Assembly (NCBI RefSeq): GCF_000009045.1
Contig: NC_000964.3
Coordinates: 1,830,001 to 1,862,000 of the forward strand
DNA: 32,000 bases
Reading direction: 5' to 3'
Source: Bacillus subtilis subsp. subtilis str. 168
Lineage (GTDB): Bacteria > Bacillota > Bacilli > Bacillales > Bacillaceae
A program made the position numbers and the translations under genes. Positions 10,301 through 19,300 of this stretch are shown in pieces (within the stretch, counting starts at the first letter, position 1; every line of letters begins with the position of its first letter). The notes below the pieces were generated by a model, which saw only the letters and a list, made by a program, of their open reading frames with translations, did not search any database and was not told where the DNA came from.

Positions 10301-13300
10301 ATTCACCTATGTGATGAGCATGGCATGATCTGTGTGCGGCTGAAAGGATTTTCGACGAGAGTGATGGAGGCAGATATACAAACCGAACCATCAAAAATCA
10401 ACGCTGAAACTTTATTGCTTCAGCCCGTTTGGCAAGAACAAAAGGCTGCTAACAGCTTAGCTGCAAAAAAATATGCAGAGCATCTCGTATTCCTATGTGA
10501 ATATGATCATGAGACGAGAAAACAAATTGAAGCAGCCATCGAGGATGTCCATGTATACAGCCTGGAAGCAAGGCCTTCTTCAGTAGATGGGCGTTTCCAT
10601 TCTTATACAGAACAAGTGTTTAAAAAGGTACAAGAGATCATTCGTACGAAACCGAAAGACGGCATTCTCGTTCAGATCGTGACCTCTGCCGAGGGAGAAC
10701 AGCAATTGTTTTCAGGGTTGACAGGACTGCTGAAAACAGCTTGTCAGGAAAATGCCAAACTAACCGGCCAAATGATTGAAGTCAGCAGTGAAGAAAGTGG
10801 AGAAAGCATTGCTGGCAAACTGTTAGAAAATCAAATGAGCAGCGATTCATATGTCAAATATCAAAACGGGACACGGTATATTGCTGATTGGCGTGAAATC
10901 AAACAGGCAAAAGGAGACGGCAGCAAACCGTGGAAAGACAATGGCGTTTATCTCATTTCAGGAGGTGCCGGCGGACTAGGTCATATTTTTGCAAAGGAAA
11001 TTGCGGAACAAACGAAAAATGCGACAGTCATTCTGGCGGGCCGCTCACCTCTTAGCGAAAGCAAAAGCAAAAAGCTGAAAGAGCTTCATAGCAAGGGGGC
11101 TGACATCACCTACCGGCAAACAGATGTTACCAATAAAATTGAAGTCTATCAGCTCATTGACGACATTCAAAAAAGATATGGCCGTCTGAACGGTATTCTT
11201 CATAGTGCCGGAATCATCAAGGACAGCTACCTGGTTAATAAACAGGCAAAAGATCTGCACGATGTACTGGCGCCTAAAGTAAAAGGGCTTGTTTATCTAG
11301 ACGAAGCGAGTAAGGATTTGCCTTTAGACTTCTTTATTCTCTTTTCATCTCTTTCAGGAAGTTTAGGGAGCATTGGTCAGTCTGACTATGCGGCAGCCAA
11401 TGTATTTATGGATATGTATGCAGGCTATCGAAATAGGCTTGCCGACCTCAGCCAGCGGCATGGGCAGACGCTTTCTGTAAACTGGCCTTTATGGAGAGAT
11501 GGAGGCATGCAGGTCGATCAAGAAACTGAGAAAAGGCTTGTGCAACTTGCCGGTATTGTTCCTATGAGGGCGGAAAAAGGAATTCAGGCATTATATCAAG
11601 CACTTCATTCAGAGGCAAACCAAGTAATGGTGATCGAAGGCGATGTGCAGAAAATAAAACAAAACATGCTGGCCAAAAACGCCTCAGCACCTATGGAAAA
11701 GAAGGAAGCAGAACACATGACTGAACAAATAAATAGCATTGATGCAGACAGTTTGCTGGATAAAGTAAAGGCGATGTTAAAGCGAGAGATCGCCAAGCTG
11801 TTAAAGGTCAAGCTTGAAACGATTGACGATCATGCAGAGATGACGGTGTATGGTTTTGATTCTATCTCCATGACTGAATTCACCAACCATATCAATCGCG
11901 CCTATCAGTTAGAGCTGACGCCAACCGTATTTTTTGACCACCCGACGATTCATGCGTTTGGCAAGCATTTGTCAGAAGAATATCAATCGGTATTTGCGAA
12001 GACATTTGCTGTGCGCGCTGTATCGGCTCAGCTTCAGCCTGCTGCGAAACAGGAACAAGCCGTGCGTGCCAAAGCTAAAAGACGCAGAAAGCAGCAAGTC
12101 ATGCTGCCAAACGCCATACAGAGTGATGCTGGGCCTGAGCCAATTGCCATTGTGGGCATAAGCGGGATTTTCCCTATGGCGAAAGACGTTGAGGCGTACT
12201 GGAACATCTTAAAAGAGGGCAAAGACTGCATGACGGAAATCCCGAAAGATCGCTGGGATTGGCGTGAATATGAAGGTGATCCGGCGAAGGAAGTCAATAA
12301 AACGAACGTGAAATGGGGCGGTTTTATTGACGGTATTGCAGATTTTGATCCATTATTCTTTGGCATTTCCCCGCGTGAAGCTGAACAAATGGAACCTCAG
12401 CAGCGCTTACTGCTGACTTACGCCTGGAAAGCGATCGAAGATGCAGGATATTCGGCGAAAAGGTTGTCAGGCACAAAAACCGGCGTCTTCATCGGAACGG
12501 GAAATACAGGATACAGCTCTCTTCTATCTAAAGCGAACTCGGCAATAGAAGGATCAGCGGCAGCCAATACGAGCCCATCGGTCGGTCCGAACCGGGTCAG
12601 TTATTTCCTTAATCTGCATGGGCCGAGCGAACCGGTTGATACAGCGTGCTCAAGTTCACTAGTGGCGATCCACCATGCCATCTCTTCAATTGAGGAAGGC
12701 ACTTGTGACATGGCATTAGCCGGCGGTGTAAATACGATTATCCTTCCTGAGGTGTATATCAGCTTTGATAAGGCGGGAGCACTGAGCAAAGAAGGAAAAT
12801 GCAAGACGTTTTCAAATCAAGCCGATGGTTTTGCACATGGGGAAGGTGCCGGCATACTGTTCCTGAAAAAATTAAAAGCGGCTGAAGAAGCGGGAGACCA
12901 TATTTACGGAGTCATAAAAGGCAGTGCAATCAATCACGGCGGCCGTGCAGCCTCTTTAACGACTCCCAATCCGAAGGCGCAGGCAGATGTTATTCAGTCG
13001 GCATATCAAAAAGCGGGAATCGACCCGAAAACCGTGACCTACATTGAAGCCCACGGAACCGGAACGGAGCTTGGAGACCCGGTTGAAATTAACGGTTTGA
13101 AATCAGCTTTTAAAGCATTGGGTGTAAATGAAGGAGACACATCAGCCAATCCTTACTGCGGATTAGGGTCTGTAAAGACAAACATCGGCCACTTATCGCT
13201 GGCAGCCGGTGCAGCAGGAGTTATTAAAATATTATTGCAGCTTAAGCATAAAACCTTAGTGAAAAGTCTGCATTGCGAAAACGTGAATCCATACATTCAG

Positions 13301-16300
13301 CTGAAAAACAGTCCGTTCTATATCGTACGGGAAACGGAAGAATGGAAAGCGCTGAAAAATGAACAGGGAGAAGAGCTTCCTCGACGGGCAGGTGTCAGTT
13401 CATTTGGAATCGGCGGAGTAAACGCCCACGTGATTATCGAGGAATATATTCCGGAAGCATCCGATGAGAATATACCATCCATCGCGCCGGAACATCCGGG
13501 TATCTTCGTTTTATCGGCTAAAAATGAAGCGCGGCTAAAAGAACATGCACAGCAGCTGGCAGATGCGCTTGATAAGCAAACATATAGTGACGTAAATCTC
13601 GCCCGAATCGCTTATACACTGCAAGCCGGACGGGATGCGATGGAAGAACGTCTCGGGATTATTTCCGGTTCCATTGAGGATTTACAGAAAAAGTTAAAAG
13701 ACTTTGCAGCGGAGAAAAGCGGTGTGGAGGATGTATTTAAAGGCAGGATTGATAAAGGCACACTCCAAATGCTGACAGAGGACGAAGAGATTCAAGAAGC
13801 CGTCGAGAAATGGATGGAACGGGGAAAGTATGCAAAATTGCTTGAATTATGGGTAAAAGGGCTTGATGTAGACTGGACGAAATTGTATGGCGAGAATCTG
13901 CCAAAGCGCATCAGCTTGCCGACGTATCCTTTCGCAAAAGACCGTTATTGGATCTCTGATCATATTGAAAAAAGCGGCAGCATTGATGCAAATCAAGCAG
14001 CCTCCCGCCTTGGCGGAGCCGTGCTGCATCCATTAATGCATCAAAACACATCCAATCTCTCGGAACAAAGGTTTAGCTCTATTTATACGGGAGAAGAGTT
14101 TTTCCTTGCTGATCATGTTGTGAAAGGCCAACGGATTTTGCCGGGAGTGGCTCATCTTGAATTGGCGCGGGCAGCTGTTGAGCAGGCCGCAGAGGTACAA
14201 GGTGTACCGCGCATCATGAAGCTAAAGAATGCGGTGTGGGTGCGGCCTATTGTTGTAGAGGATCAGCCGCAGCAAGTACACATTAGGCTTTTACCGGGAG
14301 AAAATGGTGAGATCTCTTATGAAATCTATGGTCATTCAGACGTTACTGGCGAACAGTCAATCGTCTACAGTCAAGGCAGCGCGGTATTGAATCCTGCTGA
14401 AAATTTGCCGGCGGTTGATTTGCAATCTCTGCGGGAGCAGTGTCAGGAAAGTCATTTCAGCGTAAACGAAGTATACGACACCTATCGAATGATTGGATTT
14501 GAATATGGTCCTGCTTATCGCGGAGTGAAAAAAATCTATACAGCTGAACAATTTGTTTTGGCAAAATTGTCATTGCATCCGTCAGCTGCAGATACGCTCA
14601 GCCAATACAAAATGCACCCTGGGCTGATGGATTCTGCTTTGCAGGCGTCAAGCATTTTGACAGGAGCCGGGGATAACCAGCTGACACTGCCTTTTGCGGT
14701 CCAGGAGCTTGAAGTCTTCGGAGCATGTTCGTCAGAAATGTGGGTATACGCAAGATACAGCCAAGGCAGCAAGGCAACTGATAAGGTGCAAAAGCGCGAT
14801 ATGGATATTTTAGATGAGAGCGGCAATGTTTGCGTACGGATGAAAGGATTATCTTTCAGAGCAGCAGAAGGCGGCTCTGGATCGGCGGAATCTGATCAAA
14901 CGCTGGCAACCCTGATGTTTGAAGAAAAATGGGTGCCCAAGGATTTTAAAAAAGAAAGTCCTGAGCCTCATTACGAACGGCACATTGTCATGCTTTGCGA
15001 CATGAATGGCCTCTCAAAAGATCGCATTGAATCAAGAATGACAGGAGCGGAATGCATCGTTTTGGAGTCATTCCGCGAAGGACTTGCAGAGAGGTTCCAA
15101 GATTATGCCGAACAAGCGCTTGAGACGGTCCAGGGTCTTCTCAAAAGCAGACCTCAGGGCAATGTTCTGATCCAGCTGCTTACCTCTGCACAAAGAAAGC
15201 AGTACTCATTCTCAGGGCTATCGGCGCTCCTTAAAACCGCCGGCCTGGAGAATAAAAAACTAATCGGCCAGACGATTGAAATCGATTCACATGAAAATGT
15301 TGAAAGTGTAATAGAAAAACTGAAAGAGAATAAAAGGCACACAGAAGATCAGCACATCAAATATGAAAAAGGCAAACGGTACATCAATGATCTGGATGAA
15401 ATGCAAATAGATGATCGGGAAATAAGCATGCCGTGGAGAGATAAAGGTGTATACCTCATCACGGGCGGCGCAGGAGGACTTGGGTTTATTTTTGCAAAAG
15501 AGATTGCTCGCCAAGCCGAACAGCCTGTGCTCATTCTGACAGGCAGATCCGCGTTGAATGCGGATCAGCAGGCGGAGCTTAACGAACTTCAGCAATTAGG
15601 GGCTCGCGCAGAATACAGGCAGGTTGACGTGACACAAACGGAAGCAGCCTCCGAGCTTATCACAAGCATTACGTCTGATTACGAAGACTTGAATGGTGTC
15701 ATTCACAGCGCTGGGCTGATTAAAGATAACTATCTTATGAGCAAAACCAATGAAGAGCTGACACAAGTTCTCGCTCCTAAGGTGAAAGGGCTTGTGAATG
15801 TGGATGAGGCAACCGAGCATCTTGCGTTAGATTTCTTTATCCTCTTTTCTTCAATATCAAGTGTTGCCGGCAGCGCGGGACAGGCCGATTATGCAATGGC
15901 TAATGCATTTATGGACAGTTATGCTGCTTATCGGAATGCGCTTGTAACCGCCATGTACAGGCACGGACAAACGTTGTCAATCAATTGGCCGCTCTGGAAA
16001 GAAGGCGGCATGCGCGCGAATAAAGAAATTGAAAACATGACGTTGAAAAACACAGGTGTGACTCCAATGCGGACCGAGACCGGCATTCAAGCGCTGTATA
16101 AAGGTTTGGCATTTGGCAAAGATCAAGTCATCGTCATGGAAGGATTCAAAGACATGATGAGGGAAAAGCTGACTCAAAAGCCGTCTTCTGATGATGTACC
16201 AATGAAAACAGTGCAAGTACGGGTGACATCTGAAGCAAGAATGGATCAAGGGAATATGTTTGACCACATTCAAGAAGTTTTAAAGCAAACAATCTCTCAA

Positions 16301-19300
16301 TTGCTCAAAATCAAACCTGAAGAGATTGACCCGGACATGGAGTTTAATCAATATGGATTTGATTCGATTACGTTAACTGAATTCGCAAATACACTGAATG
16401 AGAAGTGCAAGCTGGATCTTACGCCTACGGTCTTCTTTGAGCACGCAACTGTTTATGCATTTGCAGGGTATCTGTCAGAAGAATATCCAAATGCTTTTAC
16501 AGCTCAAACGCCTGCCAAAGCTGAGGTGCTGATGCAGCCTGTCGAACAGAATATAAAAAATATGACGTTTTCGACTGAAAACCGCTTTGTAAAACCTTCG
16601 GTAACACCAATGCAAAAGGAAGCTGATCACAAGCCTGAGCCTATTGCGATTGTGGGGATGAGCGGCGTTTTCCCAAAGGCAAAAGACGTTGAGGAATATT
16701 GGAAGAACCTGTCATCGGGCGCAGATTGTATTACAGAGGTTCCAAAAGACCGCTGGGATTGGCAGGAGTATTACGGAGACCCTCTGAAAGAAGCGAATAA
16801 AACAAACGTCAAATGGGGCGGTTTTATTGATGAAGTTGCTGACTTTGATCCATTGTTCTTCGGCATATCTCCGCTGGAGGCTGAGCAGATGGAGCCTCAG
16901 CAGCGCCTGTTAATGACCTATGCGTGGAAGGCGGTAGAAGAAGCGGGACACTCAGCGAGAAGCCTGGCAGGAACCAAAACGGGCATCTTCATCGGGACAG
17001 GAAACACAGGGTACAGTTCACTTCTGTCAAATGTAGACATCGAAGGCTCAGCGGCTGCGAATATGAGTCCTTCTGCAGGACCGAATAGAGTCAGTTATTT
17101 CCTGAACATTCATGGGCCGAGTGAACCGATCGACACTGCGTGCTCAAGCTCTTTGGTCGCCATTCATCATGCGGTTTGCGCCATTGAAAATGGAAACTGT
17201 GAAATGGCGATTGCGGGAGGGGTCAACACGGTCGTAACTCCGCAAGGCCATATCGCCTATGATAAAGCCGGGGCGCTGAGCAAAGAAGGAAGATGCAAAA
17301 CATTTTCTGACAAAGCCGATGGATTCGCAGTCAGTGAAGGTGCCGGCATTCTCTTTCTGAAAAAGCTGACAGCGGCTGAACGAGACGGTGATCATATTTA
17401 CGGTGTCATTAAAGGAAGTGCGGTAAACCACGGTGGCCGCGCAAATTCTCTAACGACTCCTAATCCGAAAGCTCAGGCGGATGTCGTAAAAACAGCATAT
17501 GAAAAAGCGGGAATTGATCCAAGAACCGTAACTTATATTGAAGCGCATGGGACTGGAACAGAGCTGGGCGATCCAGTAGAAATCAACGGCTTAAAAGCGG
17601 CATTTAAAGAGCTGTATGAAAAAACGGGGGACCCGGCTGTTCATGGCAGCCATTGCGGACTTGGGTCAGCGAAAACAAACATCGGTCACTTATCACTGGC
17701 GGCCGGTGTGGCTGGTGTCATTAAAGTGTTATTGCAGCTCAAGCATAAAACGCTTGTCAAAAGTCTGTACAGTGAAACTGTTAATCCGTATATCAGACTG
17801 GATGACAGCCCGTTTTATATTGTGCAGGAATCGAGAGAGTGGCAGGCGCTTCGGGATGAAGCCGGCCGAGAGCTGCCGCGCCGCGCAGGTATCAGTTCGT
17901 TCGGGATAGGCGGCGTCAATGCCCACGTGGTCATTGAGGAATATATTCCGAAAGAAACAACCCATCCTGCAACAGCACCAGCCGTGACAGCACAGCACCC
18001 GGGCATCTTTATTTTGTCGGCAAAGGATGAAGATCGTCTGAAAGACCAAGCCCGGCAATTAGCAGACTTTATCAGCAAGCGATCTATCACTGCTCGTGAC
18101 CTCACTGATATTGCTTATACACTCCAAGAGGGGCGTGATGCAATGGAGGAGAGATTAGGGATCATCGCTGTCTCGACTGGGGACTTGCTGGAAAAACTGA
18201 ACCTCTTTATAGAAGGGGGCACCAATGCGAAGTACATGTACAGAGGCAGAGCAGAAAAAGGTATCGCACAAACATTGAGATCAGATGACGAAGTACAGAA
18301 AACGCTCAACAATAGCTGGGAGCCTCACATATATGAAAGACTGCTTGATTTATGGGTAAAAGGCATGGAAATAGGCTGGAGTAAACTGTATGACGGCAAA
18401 CAGCCGAAACGCATCAGCCTCCCTACCTATCCATTTGCGAAAGAACGCTACTGGATAACGGATACGAAAGAGGAGGCAGCCGCCCATCAAACAGCTTTAA
18501 AAACAGTCGAATCAGCAGCTTTGCATCCATTGATACATGTCAACACATCTGATTTGTCAGAGCAGCGTTTCAGCTCGGCCTTTACAGGTGCTGAGTTCTT
18601 TTTCGCCGATCATAAGGTGAAGGGAAAACCGGTTATGCCGGGCGTGGCATATCTTGAGATGGTTCATGCTGCCGTTACAAGAGCAGTGAGAAGAACCGAA
18701 GATCAACAATCTGTTATTCACATCAAAAATGTTGTGTGGGTGCAGCCGATTGTGGCGGATGGCCAGCCTGTTCAAGTGGATATCAGTCTAAATCCCCAGC
18801 AGGACGGCGAGATTGCTTTTAACGTCTATACAGAGGCTGCACACAATGATCGAAAGATACATTGTCAAGGCAGTGCTTCAATCCGTGGGGCAGGAGACAT
18901 TCCAGTCCAGGATATCAGCGCGCTTCAAGACCAATGCAGTTTAAGCACACTCTCACACGACCAGTGTTATGAATTGTTTAAGGCGATCGGCATTGACTAC
19001 GGACCTGGTTTTCAAGGGATAGATCGGCTTTACATCGGCCGCAATCAAGCCTTGGCAGAGCTTTCTCTGCCTGCTGGTGTAACTCACACACTGAATGAAT
19101 TCGTTCTTCATCCAAGTATGGCCGACTCTGCTTTACAAGCGTCGATCGGGCTAAAGCTGAATTCCGGTGACGAGCAGCTTTCTCTGCCTTTTGCGCTGCA
19201 AGAGCTAGAAATATTCAGCCCGTGTACAAATAAAATGTGGGTGTCTGTGACATCTCGTCCTAATGAGGACAAAATACAGAGACTGGATATTGATTTGTGT

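Noticed and set aside
14330-14338. GHS tripeptide (IYGHSDVTG), a possible acyltransferase GHSxG nucleophile motif
   Set aside because: It lies in the middle of DH2, between the HxxxGxxxxP and YGPAY motifs. It lacks the GHSxG glycine and any surrounding AT-domain context.
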